From positions 1 to 60,110 of the IMG/VR virus record IMGVR_UViG_3300014656_000003: a stretch of DNA of 60,110 nt; one strand, 5' to 3'. The first letter of the stretch is position 1. Every line of letters starts with the position of its first letter. The notes under the pieces are model-generated. The model had not been told where the DNA came from, did not search any database, and was given only the letters and a program-made list of their open reading frames with translations. Shown piece after piece: positions 45,884 to 54,847 of the stretch. A program made the translations under genes and the position numbers. Source of the DNA: a virus. Taxonomy: Duplodnaviria; Caudoviricetes.

Positions 45884-46886
45884 CTCTACAAATCTCCATC
45901 AGGCTATCCAGGCCGAGTGACAGAAACAAATTGTGGCTGTTGGCCCATTTTAGCCATCCAAGTGTCGAGGCAATTGATGATATTATCTGTTCTCTTGATA
46001 TCTTTCCAGCCCAAAAAAGGGACGGGAACAACGCCAAACGTTTTTTTACACGCTTAACAGTGCTCTTTCGAATAAGAATATATCTTGGAAAATGGCGATA
46101 TCCCAAAAAGTCCACCCCCCTGGACACAGGGAAGAGATCACATTTACTTAGAGCGAGTTCCAAATTTTCCGACAGGAACTTTCGGATTTTTTGTGCCAGA
46201 TCGTTGAGATGGCCTTTATCGTTAGAAAAAAGACAGAAATCATCACAATAGCGCACGTAGTCTTTAACCCGCTCATTGTGTTTTATAAATTGATCCAACT
46301 CATTGAGGTAGAGATTCCCGAACCATTGGCTTGTATAATTACCGATTGGGACATTTTTACCGCCTGGGAAAGAATCTATGATATTTTGAATAAGCCATAG
46401 GGTATCCGTACATTTAATCTTTCGTTTCACGATTTCAAAAAGGATATCATGATCAACTGAAGGGTAAAATTTTGAGATATCCATCTTGAGACAATACCTA
46501 TTCCTGCGTACAAACTCCATTGCCCGTTTGCTTCCGGCATGGATACCCCTGCCGATAAGGCAAGCATAGGAATCGGATATAAATAGTTTGCTCCAAATCG
46601 GCTCCAGGACATTCATAAGAGCATGCTGCACAATCCGATCAGGGCTGAATGGCAATTTATAAATAGTTCGCATTTTAGGCTCGTAAATTATTTTCTCTAC
46701 ATAAGATGAGGTCGCAAAGGTTTTATCCAACAATACTTTCCTGATATGAGCCAAATTAACATCAAGATTTGACTCGAATCGTTTCACTTTGTTCTGCCAG
46801 GATTTTCCCTTACGAGCACGCCTATACGCATCATAAAGGTTTTCGATATCCGTGATCCTTTCCCATAGTTTTCCGTGTCGTTTCAT
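45858..46886 (-). CDS. DGR reverse transcriptase (342 aa; likely start MKRHGKL)
   Basis: PKMRTI, DRIVQHA, LKMDISKFYPSVDH, PIGNYTSQWFGNLYL (DGR SQ motif), YVRYCDDF, GVDFLGY; no endonuclease domain. Confidence 0.95.
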   Translation of the reverse strand: MKRHGKLWERITDIENLYDAYRRARKGKSWQNKVKRFESNLDVNLAHIRKVLLDKTFATSSYVEKIIYEPKMRTIYKLPFSPDRIVQHALMNVLEPIWSKLFISDSYACLIGRGIHAGSKRAMEFVRRNRYCLKMDISKFYPSVDHDILFEIVKRKIKCTDTLWLIQNIIDSFPGGKNVPIGNYTSQWFGNLYLNELDQFIKHNERVKDYVRYCDDFCLFSNDKGHLNDLAQKIRKFLSENLELALSKCDLFPVSRGVDFLGYRHFPRYILIRKSTVKRVKKRLALFPSLFWAGKISREQIISSIASTLGWLKWANSHNLFLSLGLDSLMEICRDGNPEAVQ

Positions 46887-47012
46887 GATCTGATGCAGAC
46901 GACGTTCGGGTTTTCCCCTACTAGCCGCCTTCATCCTCCGTTTTGTGTTTTGCCGGACCTTTTGTCCGACAGGGCCGATAGGTCCAGCCAGGAGTTTGCT
47001 CAAACGCCTGTA

Positions 47013-47128
47013 TCCGACTGCCTGCGACTGCCGATATTCGTATTCGTATTCCAGCGATAGTTATTCGCATTACGTGACCGCGAACCGGAATTCGTCCCAT
47101 TATTCCAATTACCGCCTGCATGCAGCTT
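47013..47128 (-). ncRNA. DGR template repeat (TR)
   Basis: Non-coding 116-bp copy of the VR, rich in AAT/AAC triplets; followed by a spacer (46887-47012) before the RT start. Confidence 0.95.
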
Positions 47129-47181
47129 ATGACCTATCAGCCCAAAAATCGCGAACGTTCTACGTCTGCTCGTTTTTCGTG

Positions 47182-48384
47182 CTATAACGGCTCCGACCGC
47201 CCGCGACCGCCGATATTCGCACCCGCAGCCCAGCGATAGACACTCGCAGCACGTGACCGCGAACCGGAATCCGGCCCATTATTCCAATGACCGCCCGCAT
47301 GCAGCTTTATATCACCATATGTGCCTTGTTTATATATCGATCCTTTTGCTCCGGGGAGATCGTAGTATCCCCATATGGGTTCTATGGTGGTCCCTGATGT
47401 TGCCGTTACGGTTCCGGTCTCAGTGTGGTCATGAGCAACCGGCCCGTCAAAACGATAGCCTTGGTCGCGTAGCCATTGCCACATTACACCAGCGGCATCC
47501 TCTACGCCAATATTACTGATCATTCGGCGTCCGGCCGTATCCGAATGCCCTCCGGTCGTGACTGGATCGGCGCTGCCTACGATGTTAGTCTCTTCATTGC
47601 TGCCCGCGGCGATAATTTGAAATTCTCCATCATCCAAAAGCTGCTTTTTGACTGCGGCAAAATCATCAACGAAATCCATCCAGTTGCGGGTATCTGTAAT
47701 TGTGCCGCCGTTTGTGGAGGCAGTAGTAGTACCAGAGCCGGAGGCAAGATAGATATCCACCCAAATGTTGGCCTGATCCGAGTAGACCATCCCTTCCGGA
47801 GATGACCGTGGTCGATGTTTCAGGTCCCAAATTGACGCAGGCAGGATGTCTCCGATTACATAATCTGATAGCGTGTGACCGGCAATTGTGCCAACCGAAG
47901 CACAAAGTAGGTGAAATCCTCCGATCTTTGCCGACGTATCGGCGTTATATGTGCTTGGCCAGGTAGAATTAACAGAGACTACGAAATCCAGGGCATTTGA
48001 GGACGTGACGCCACTGACTGCATATACATAATAATCCGTCCCCTCCGTGGTAGTGCCGGAATCCAGATCTGCAGCCAGACTGACATTCGTATCGGATTTC
48101 AGAATGTATGTTGTGCCGTTGATATTAAAGGGGACCGTTTCGGATCCCTGGACCGTTACTTGGATATGATCGGTTGCGTGCGCCTCAATGAACCGCTTGG
48201 TTTTATCGCTCAAAAACGAAGATACTTTAATAAGGTCATCAGGGAGGACGATATTCCCTATGCGCCGGTTGTCCTGGTGGAGTGTAGGCTTGGCATAGAC
48301 ACTCCCTGCAACCGCTAAAAGGAGCACCAGGATAACGACTGACAGAATAACGACCGGTTTTTTTAAGCGCATGGATTTCATCAC
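47182..48384 (-). CDS. DGR target protein, Mtd-like C-type-lectin fold, with N-terminal signal peptide
   Basis: IWVDIYLAS, ISNIGVEDAAGVMWQW, AGGHW...SGSRSR...IGGRGRSEP; the VR occupies the 3' end. Confidence 0.9.
   Translation of the reverse strand: MMKSMRLKKPVVILSVVILVLLLAVAGSVYAKPTLHQDNRRIGNIVLPDDLIKVSSFLSDKTKRFIEAHATDHIQVTVQGSETVPFNINGTTYILKSDTNVSLAADLDSGTTTEGTDYYVYAVSGVTSSNALDFVVSVNSTWPSTYNADTSAKIGGFHLLCASVGTIAGHTLSDYVIGDILPASIWDLKHRPRSSPEGMVYSDQANIWVDIYLASGSGTTTASTNGGTITDTRNWMDFVDDFAAVKKQLLDDGEFQIIAAGSNEETNIVGSADPVTTGGHSDTAGRRMISNIGVEDAAGVMWQWLRDQGYRFDGPVAHDHTETGTVTATSGTTIEPIWGYYDLPGAKGSIYKQGTYGDIKLHAGGHWNNGPDSGSRSRAASVYRWAAGANIGGRGRSEPL
47192..47307 (-). repeat. DGR variable repeat (VR)
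   Basis: 116-bp gapless alignment to the TR with 18 mismatches, all at TR adenines (13 A>G, 4 A>C, 1 A>T). Confidence 0.96.
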
Positions 48385-48385
48385 A

Positions 48386-48865
48386 TCAGCCTCCTATTTT
48401 ATAGAGTACGACGTAGGCCGTGGCCGCGGAACTGCCCTCATCCAGAACGGTGTTGAAATACTTAACCTCGTCCGCCTCGTCCAGAAAAATCAGATCTCCT
48501 TCGTCGAGTACCGCCCCATTGTTTCGCTCCGCCAGGCTGTAGAGTTTAAACCGGGCGGTATCACCCTGCAGAAATATGGCGGCCATGACGGCCAGGGGGC
48601 TGACGGCGGACATGATCTGGGTGGTTGTGGTGCCGATCACCAGGTCTTCGTCGGCCAGGATCGTCAGCCTGCCGTCATATGCCGCGGCCTTGGCCGAAGG
48701 GATCATGAACTTGATATTCTGCGGCTGCAGGAATTTCGGGACCCTTTTAATTGACGACTTGTTCGCTGTTTGTCTGGTGGGTTGTTTCCCGGAATAATGA
48801 AGCAGACTGACCCCCGCAAAAAAAATGATACAAAGCGCTGAAATTAAATAATTTCTCTTTTTCAT
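48386..48865 (-). CDS. Hypothetical protein with N-terminal signal/anchor
   Basis: MKKRNYLISALCIIFFAGVSLL. Confidence 0.7.
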   Translation of the reverse strand: MKKRNYLISALCIIFFAGVSLLHYSGKQPTRQTANKSSIKRVPKFLQPQNIKFMIPSAKAAAYDGRLTILADEDLVIGTTTTQIMSAVSPLAVMAAIFLQGDTARFKLYSLAERNNGAVLDEGDLIFLDEADEVKYFNTVLDEGSSAATAYVVLYKIGG

Positions 48866-48887
48866 CTCATCCTCCCGTTCCTGGTTT

Positions 48888-49247
48888 TCATGGTGTTTCT
48901 GTCACTCCCGATTCAAAATCTACCCCCCAATCAGCAGTCACATCTTCTATTTCCTCTGCTGTTAATTTTACCGCATCTCTGGCCGATTCCACCTCGACAA
49001 TGGCAGTGGCTTTCAACTCGGTAATATCCATCTTTAAAATGATAAAACCATCCCCTCGATCTATCCAGGCTTTAATATTCTTTTTTTCTCTAACCACACA
49101 GGCAGGATATTTATCAGGGTCGTGGATTCCGGCGAATTGATCTATACCTCTTCTATTCATACGCCCCTCAATAGAGAGTAGTTTTTTACCTGTCGCCGGG
49201 TCATAATATCCAAGGCCAGGTCGTTTCCTGAATCTTATATATTCCAT
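48888..49247 (-). CDS. Hypothetical protein (possible fibre chaperone)
   Basis: Follows 49256..50113; AT-rich. Confidence 0.55.
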   Translation of the reverse strand: MEYIRFRKRPGLGYYDPATGKKLLSIEGRMNRRGIDQFAGIHDPDKYPACVVREKKNIKAWIDRGDGFIILKMDITELKATAIVEVESARDAVKLTAEEIEDVTADWGVDFESGVTETP

Positions 49248-49255
49248 TTATTCCC

Positions 49256-50113
49256 TCAAGCAGCGATCAAGCAGTCTTCTGATACAATCATATAGTATGC
49301 TTTGGCAGTTATGCCATTAGCATTATTTTGCGAAAAAACATCATTATCAAGCCAGGGATTATGAATAGGAGAAAATGCCTGCAATGTATCGTATATTTTA
49401 TTAGCATCAAAATCACTTTCTTTTGTGGGCTGCCCATGCGCACCCGATCCAGTAGTCGTTACAAATCCATATTTAATATTTCCACTACTCCTTCTCCAAA
49501 TTGCCAGCCAAATGTTACCTGTTGTAACGATTGTATCGACTGTGAAAGAACTCACGGAGTTAGTAAATAACTCAAGAGTGTTGTTAGTATGTACCATAAA
49601 CTGGAAATCAACAGCATCTCCATCTGCGAAATCAAAAACGAAATCATCAACACCGGCTACCTGATTTTGTAGATCTGCAAGCTTAATTATGATTGACCAG
49701 CTGGTTCCGGTAATTAAATTCTGGTAGTTAGATGTAACACTATACATATCATTGTCGGTGATCTGACGATAAGGTGGGTCTCCTACGGCCCCAACGATTG
49801 CACCGCTTTCCGTGAATGTAAGATCAGCGCCGGTTAATCCCGCTCCGGTCGAGTAGTCATCATCGCCTACACCTGAAGCATCGAATAAACAGATGTTCGT
49901 ATTCGCTTGAGAATCGGTCCAACCTTCCTGATCCGTTCCAAGCCATGCAGAGTAAGAGGCGGCGGCGGCAGCAGCACCACTGGTAATGACAGCGGGTAGT
50001 ATCCCCCAACCTCTGGCGTCCTCAATAGCTCCCATGCCAAGGCAAGCAACCCCAGCATAGCCACCAATCTGGAAACAGTTTTTTAGAAATTCTCTGCGTG
50101 TTCTATCTTTCAT
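49256..50113 (-). CDS. Tat-signal protein with beta-sandwich (LamG-like?) domain
   Basis: MKDRTRREFLK matches the twin-arginine consensus. Confidence 0.7.
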   Translation of the reverse strand: MKDRTRREFLKNCFQIGGYAGVACLGMGAIEDARGWGILPAVITSGAAAAAASYSAWLGTDQEGWTDSQANTNICLFDASGVGDDDYSTGAGLTGADLTFTESGAIVGAVGDPPYRQITDNDMYSVTSNYQNLITGTSWSIIIKLADLQNQVAGVDDFVFDFADGDAVDFQFMVHTNNTLELFTNSVSSFTVDTIVTTGNIWLAIWRRSSGNIKYGFVTTTGSGAHGQPTKESDFDANKIYDTLQAFSPIHNPWLDNDVFSQNNANGITAKAYYMIVSEDCLIAA

Positions 50114-51075
50114 TAGTTTATCGACACGTAAGAAACTGTCCCCTCCTCGTATATGCGCAAGACGTTATCTGCTACAGCCTTGAAAGTAAAAGATCCCGCG
50201 CCCGTTGTTCCACTCAATTTTATGGCGCTTGCTCCGCTGCCAGTCACAAAGCCCGGTTTGTTTATAATTGTATCGGCGGCATTAACAACATACCAAATTG
50301 TCGACCCGGATGTTTGATCCTGATCAAGGCTGACGTTATATGTCATCCCTTTTATGGCGGGTAATCCCCATAAAGTCACCTCAGATATAGCGCCATAATT
50401 ACCGATAAAAGCCCCCCCGGTCATTTCACGAGTCAATGTCTGCGAGGTGGTGATATTATAAATACTCACGCCCGCGACGATTGGTTGAACGGTAGAAACC
50501 CCTGATGTCACAGGATCCGGCAGTTGCGCGTTAGTTGCCTGCCCGGTAAGGTCGGTGAAGGGCAAGGACCCGGAGAAAGATCCGGTTATATCCGTGGCGC
50601 CCATTTTGCCCGTGACATCGAATTTGTAGCCGTCCCTGGGTTCCCCCCCAAAACCGTACCCGGTTGCACTGCTCGCGTCGTCTCGCCAACCGTCATAGAA
50701 AGGGCCTTTGGTGGCATTGACCCCGAAGATGCTGTCACCGCTCCCGAAGATAATTCGATAGGGTCCTGCTATGATGCTGCCGTAATAATAAAGGCTCGCC
50801 CCGCTGTGGACCGAGATCCCGGAGCCCGGCGTGAAGGTGATCTGGGTATTAGGGCTGACAGTGACCGAGTTTCCCGAGGGGATATTCTGGATGTCCGTTA
50901 TCAGGAGGTTGGCGTCATTCGCGCCCACGGCCGTGACGGCGCCTATAAACCCTCCGTATCCGTTCACATTCCTGGCGGGCTCGTGGATACTCCTGCCCGA
51001 GGCAGAGCCGAAGTAAAACACACCGACGATGCAGAGGATAACGAAAAGGAAATAAGCCTTTAAAACTCTACCCAT
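50113..51075 (-). CDS. Tail-fibre-like G/S/T-rich protein with Sec signal peptide
   Basis: MGRVLKAYFLFVILCIVGVFYFGSASG; IIAGPYRIIFGSG tailspike-like segment. Confidence 0.65.
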   Translation of the reverse strand: MGRVLKAYFLFVILCIVGVFYFGSASGRSIHEPARNVNGYGGFIGAVTAVGANDANLLITDIQNIPSGNSVTVSPNTQITFTPGSGISVHSGASLYYYGSIIAGPYRIIFGSGDSIFGVNATKGPFYDGWRDDASSATGYGFGGEPRDGYKFDVTGKMGATDITGSFSGSLPFTDLTGQATNAQLPDPVTSGVSTVQPIVAGVSIYNITTSQTLTREMTGGAFIGNYGAISEVTLWGLPAIKGMTYNVSLDQDQTSGSTIWYVVNAADTIINKPGFVTGSGASAIKLSGTTGAGSFTFKAVADNVLRIYEEGTVSYVSIN

Positions 51076-51467
51076 AGCGCACCTCCATTTGAGTGTAGCG
51101 TAACGGACTCGTACTGGCCCGATAGAATAATGGACGCTTGCCCTTCGATCGTGTCACTCCCGGCACACTGTATCGTGACCCTTCCCGTACCGATGTTGCA
51201 GATCTTTTCTGTCCAGGCGTTCGACGCGGGCGCGAGGGTGATCGTGAGGGTGCCGCTCGCAAAGACCTTTTCTCCGTCCTGGTCGATGGTATAGTCCGAT
51301 GTCTGCGTCGATGTGGGTCCTTTGAGGTTCTGGACCGTGATCTTCTTTGTCTGGGATGCGCTGACATCCACAATGGGGAGGACGTCGTTGTCCGCCGGCG
51401 TGGTCATGGCCGTCATACCTGATATCTTGACGCTCATAAAGCCTCTCCTTTTTACGCTTTGCGCCAT
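51060..51467 (-). CDS. Small tail-fibre-related protein (likely start MSVKISGM at 51437)
   Basis: KISGM...ADNDVLPIVD...TKKIT and DTIEG...ESVTLHSNG..W patterns. Confidence 0.65.
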   Translation of the reverse strand: MAQSVKRRGFMSVKISGMTAMTTPADNDVLPIVDVSASQTKKITVQNLKGPTSTQTSDYTIDQDGEKVFASGTLTITLAPASNAWTEKICNIGTGRVTIQCAGSDTIEGQASIILSGQYESVTLHSNGGALWVEF

Positions 51468-51485
51468 GCCCTATGCGCTATGCGA

Positions 51486-51755
51486 CTACATATTTTGTTC
51501 CGTCACGAGCCATTTGCCGTTCTCCTGGAGCATAGGGCCTGCCGACTCCGTGTAAATGATCTGCCGCCTGGCATCCCCGCCTCCGCCGATCCAATCGAAG
51601 AGGTCCACGTCGTCCCGGAGCACGAACGCATCCGCGAACCGGCCGCATTCCGGGCACCGGTCCGTGTCCTCGTACATATTCGGATCTTCCACCCAGACGG
51701 CCCTGCAGCCGGGCCAGGGGCAGACCCTGATGGGCATATCCGTTATTCCGGACAT
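51486..51755 (-). CDS. Small Zn-ribbon plus virion-attachment-like peptide
   Basis: CPWPGC...CPEC; TESAGPMLQENGKWLVTE tail. Confidence 0.55.
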   Translation of the reverse strand: MSGITDMPIRVCPWPGCRAVWVEDPNMYEDTDRCPECGRFADAFVLRDDVDLFDWIGGGGDARRQIIYTESAGPMLQENGKWLVTEQNM

Positions 51756-52520
51756 CTACTCTTCCTGTTCTCCAGTCTCTTTCTGCTCTTCTAACCTTCT
51801 GATCTTCTCACCTTCTTCTTCGCCCAGATCCACCCGCCGGAAGTACCAGTCGCCCATCTCGATGGTCTTTGCAACGCCCCACCAGTCCGGTCGCCGGATA
51901 AAGCCCAGGCCGTGCCAGGGCAGCGGGTCGGAGTAGGACTTCTCGGATCGGTTGCTCGTCGGCCGTTTCTGGTAGAGAACCATGTCCAGACTGCTGACAT
52001 CCCCTTCCGGCGCCTTGAGCATGTTGCCCTGGAGGCCTCGGAGGTACTCCTCGTGTTCCTCCCAGAACTTCTCTGAGATCTTATGCCCGAACCGGTCCCA
52101 CCAGTTAAGGGCCATATCCCTCTGAATCTTTGAGCCGATAATCGTCTCCAGTTCCCCTCGGGTCCGAACGGGATCGCCGGTCTTATAGCAGTAGGTCCCG
52201 TCTTCCGATAGCCATACCTGCTGGCCGTCGCCCTGGTCGAAGCTCCGGATGTAATTCTTCTCCACGACCTTTTCATCTCCGGTTGCCCGGTCCTTGATCT
52301 TCACATGCAGTTTCTGCATACAAAACCTCCATATTGCTGGTTGATGGTCATCGTTAAGGCAACCATCAACCAGCGTTTTAGTTTTCGGCTTTCCCCGACT
52401 TGCCTCCTCGTCCCGATCGAGAGCGGGATAATGAGGCCCGGCCGCGTGCACCTGCAGGCCGGATTGAGGCCCGGGAGTCTCACCCGGATAGGTCGGGACC
52501 GCGTGGTATATCGTTGTCAA
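51756..52520 (-). CDS. Hypothetical protein (start uncertain, possibly near 52306-52319)
   Basis: Long ORF in the late operon. Confidence 0.6.
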   Translation of the reverse strand: MTTIYHAVPTYPGETPGPQSGLQVHAAGPHYPALDRDEEASRGKPKTKTLVDGCLNDDHQPAIWRFCMQKLHVKIKDRATGDEKVVEKNYIRSFDQGDGQQVWLSEDGTYCYKTGDPVRTRGELETIIGSKIQRDMALNWWDRFGHKISEKFWEEHEEYLRGLQGNMLKAPEGDVSSLDMVLYQKRPTSNRSEKSYSDPLPWHGLGFIRRPDWWGVAKTIEMGDWYFRRVDLGEEEGEKIRRLEEQKETGEQEE

Positions 52521-52563
52521 ATCGTCAATGGCTTGCCTCGGCGTAGCCGCAGGCGTAGCCGGG

Positions 52564-53022
52564 TCACTCGCCCGTAAACTTCAGCCGGAGCGATGTGGCC
52601 GCCGGAGCGACCGTGGCCGGCATCTCGATCATTGCCCCGAGATCATAAGTCGTATTTATGACGCCCTCCGCATCCGAGGCATCCCCTATACTGCCGGAAC
52701 TGTTTTTAACAAGAATAGAGTCACTATCTCCCGTTGTACCGGTAACCGCTCCCTGGGTTCGTATCATGAGTTTGTGGTTGGTCCGGTCATACTTATAGAG
52801 AAATCCGTCCGCGGGCTGCTCGATCTCGCAGAAATCAATGACCTTCTTGAAACCGAACTGGGCCTTGTCGGGCAACGGTATCCCACCCGACGGGTAAGTC
52901 AGAGCGCTGTCGCCGAAGGCGATATCTATAATGCTCACGATCTTATCCAGACCGCGGGCTCCGATGTTAAGAAGCCGGTTGGTGATAGTGACAGTGACGT
53001 TCGTCGCTGCTAAAGCTACCAT
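52564..53022 (-). CDS. Probable virion structural (head) protein
   Basis: LTYPSGGIPL...YKYDRTNHKL; near the capsid gene. Confidence 0.6.
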   Translation of the reverse strand: MVALAATNVTVTITNRLLNIGARGLDKIVSIIDIAFGDSALTYPSGGIPLPDKAQFGFKKVIDFCEIEQPADGFLYKYDRTNHKLMIRTQGAVTGTTGDSDSILVKNSSGSIGDASDAEGVINTTYDLGAMIEMPATVAPAATSLRLKFTGE

Positions 53023-53096
53023 GATTAGCCTCCTGTCTCATTTTTATGGTTTATTCCCCGGACTCTTTAATCGAATCCGGGGAATTTTTTGGTTAC

Positions 53097-53180
53097 TGCG
53101 CCATGCGCCATGCGCCATGCGCCATGCGCCATGCGCCATGCGCCATGCGCCATGCGCCATGTGCCATGTGCCATGCGCTA
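53097..53180. repeat. 7-mer tandem array (TGCGCCA)9(TGTGCCA)2(TGCGCTA)
   Basis: Directly visible; on the sense strand it begins at the stop codon of 53178..53687. Confidence 0.95.
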
Positions 53181-53687
53181 TGTCGTTGCCTGAAGCGCCG
53201 ACAGGTTCGCTCGGGTCTCCGGACGGTACCTGACAAGCAGGTGCGGCCATATATGGCCGGCCTCTCCTGCACCGTTCGGTGCGGTTACGCACTCGACAAC
53301 CACTTCCATACCGGGCTCAAGAGTAACGCCCATACCTACAAGATCATAGGCCACATCGCCTGCCGCGCTCACGCCTGTTACACCCAGGTTGATGTCGGCA
53401 ACATCCCCGTCGGCACGCCCCGTGTCGGACCCTGAAGTGAAACGCCGGTCAAACTTGATCTCGGCGGTACCTAAAGTGCCGCCCGCCAACCCCTCGGTAA
53501 TCTCTACCATCGCCAGGACCACATCGCACTTAAAGGGGACCTTAAAGACCCCCATATCCCCGGCGACGTGGCCTGCAATATCGAGCCCCAGGGCGTCCCT
53601 TGTGGTCCCCGCAACCATATGGTCGCCGGATTCAACAGATACACCCGCAAAGGGATGAAATTCTAACACAGCCGGATTAAGTTCCAT
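53178..53687 (-). CDS. Probable capsid decoration protein
   Basis: Beta-rich, directly after the major capsid gene; strong RBS. Confidence 0.6.
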   Translation of the reverse strand: MELNPAVLEFHPFAGVSVESGDHMVAGTTRDALGLDIAGHVAGDMGVFKVPFKCDVVLAMVEITEGLAGGTLGTAEIKFDRRFTSGSDTGRADGDVADINLGVTGVSAAGDVAYDLVGMGVTLEPGMEVVVECVTAPNGAGEAGHIWPHLLVRYRPETRANLSALQATT

Positions 53688-53714
53688 TATTTGTTCCTCC
53701 TTATTTTTTATTAT

Positions 53715-53800
53715 CTAATCTTCTTACCTTCTCACCTTCTTACCCTCTCACCTTCTAACCTTCTAACCTTCTAACCTTCTAACCTTCTAACCTTCTTCCT
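53715..53800. repeat. 8-mer tandem array (CCTTCTAA/CCTTCTCA)n
   Basis: Directly after the major capsid stop codon. Confidence 0.93.
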
Positions 53801-54768
53801 CACGCACTGCCGATTTTGACGATCCTGGCTTCCCGGTCGTTGGCGGTCGGAAACTTGACTCCAAATGCGACCGTTCCGTACCAGGCCACCGCGTGGCGGC
53901 GCCCGAAATCGCCCTTGTAGTTGGGTTGGGCCCGGAGATGAGGAAACTCGATCTCGATCCGGGCGACCGCGTCCTTCCCGAAGATAACCGCTTCTCCGAG
54001 CACGCTCGATGTCCCGACGGAGTTCGAGAGGGCGTTCTCGTTGGTGACCTCGATGAGCCGGGTACTCTCGCACCTGCCTATCTCGGACTTGTAGATGAGA
54101 TCCCCCTTTCGGAGGTACATCATCCAGGCCTCGATGACCTTATCGCTCTTCAGGCCCCGCAAGGCCTTGGTGGAAAAGAGCCCGATGTAGTGGTCCGTCT
54201 CGAACATAGGGCAGTGGATGTCCTTGGCCATGTAGTCCCGGACCACGCCCATATGGTCCTTGGTGACGTTCTGAGTGGCCGATGTGGACGCGGTTCCGTC
54301 CGTGTCCCAGGTCCCGCCGGTCAAGCTCGTCGGTATAAAGGCGAGCTTTACGTCAGTGCCCGTAAACTCACTGGCCGCTGCATTGTCCATACCCTCGTTC
54401 ATCTGATCCTTGAGGGCGCCTTGAGCGGCATCGTCCGGGTCGAACTTGGAGAGCTGTTTGGCAAGATCGGTGTACTCGACGCCACGGCCCCATTCCTTGA
54501 GGGTTATGCTCTGTTTTCCCATGGTGAGCTGATCGATAGGGATCCGGGTATCTTCATCCAATTCCGCCGAGGTAGGCTGGCTCAGGGCCTTGTAATAGAT
54601 CAGGGTGACGGACTCGCCCATGCCTTTACCGTAGGAGTCCACCTTCCTGGTGAATTGAACAAATTTAAAGTCCCTGGCGGCCAGCTTGAGAAGGTCCCCG
54701 CTCAGGGCGTGATTCTTATAGACGCCTGTCTGGGCGTCGTAGGTCCAGGTGAATGCTTGATTCGGCAT
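53800..54768 (-). CDS. Major capsid protein (HK97 fold; N4-gp56-like)
   Basis: 322 aa after the scaffold; GKGMGESVTL, ITLKEWG, EIGRCE..R, DFGRRHAVAWYG; AAGGAGG RBS. Confidence 0.85.
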   Translation of the reverse strand: MPNQAFTWTYDAQTGVYKNHALSGDLLKLAARDFKFVQFTRKVDSYGKGMGESVTLIYYKALSQPTSAELDEDTRIPIDQLTMGKQSITLKEWGRGVEYTDLAKQLSKFDPDDAAQGALKDQMNEGMDNAAASEFTGTDVKLAFIPTSLTGGTWDTDGTASTSATQNVTKDHMGVVRDYMAKDIHCPMFETDHYIGLFSTKALRGLKSDKVIEAWMMYLRKGDLIYKSEIGRCESTRLIEVTNENALSNSVGTSSVLGEAVIFGKDAVARIEIEFPHLRAQPNYKGDFGRRHAVAWYGTVAFGVKFPTANDREARIVKIGSA

Positions 54769-54847
54769 AATTCTTGTCCTCCTTTATATTGTATTGCGTA
54801 GGGTCACGCTTCGGCGTGATGCCTGCCTTTTTGCTATGCCCTATGCG

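Noticed and set aside
45858-47003. RT as group II intron, retron or defence RT; start at 47003
   Set aside because: The SQ motif and an adenine-specific TR/VR pair identify a DGR. The 5' extension overlaps the TR spacer, so MKRHGKL at 46886 is the likelier start.
47140-47180. Strong DGR target-recognition hairpin after the VR
   Set aside because: Only a weak ACGT-AGA-ACGT stem is visible; not enough to call.
40103-51467. Second DGR target/VR
   Set aside because: No other TR-like sequence seen by eye at the 3' ends of the tail genes; a blastn of the TR against the genome would be definitive.
53044-53435. ORFs with MRHAPCA/HGAWRMA repeats (also PSHLLTF-type ORFs at 18092 and 25737)
   Set aside because: They are translations of 7/8-mer DNA tandem repeats, not credible proteins.
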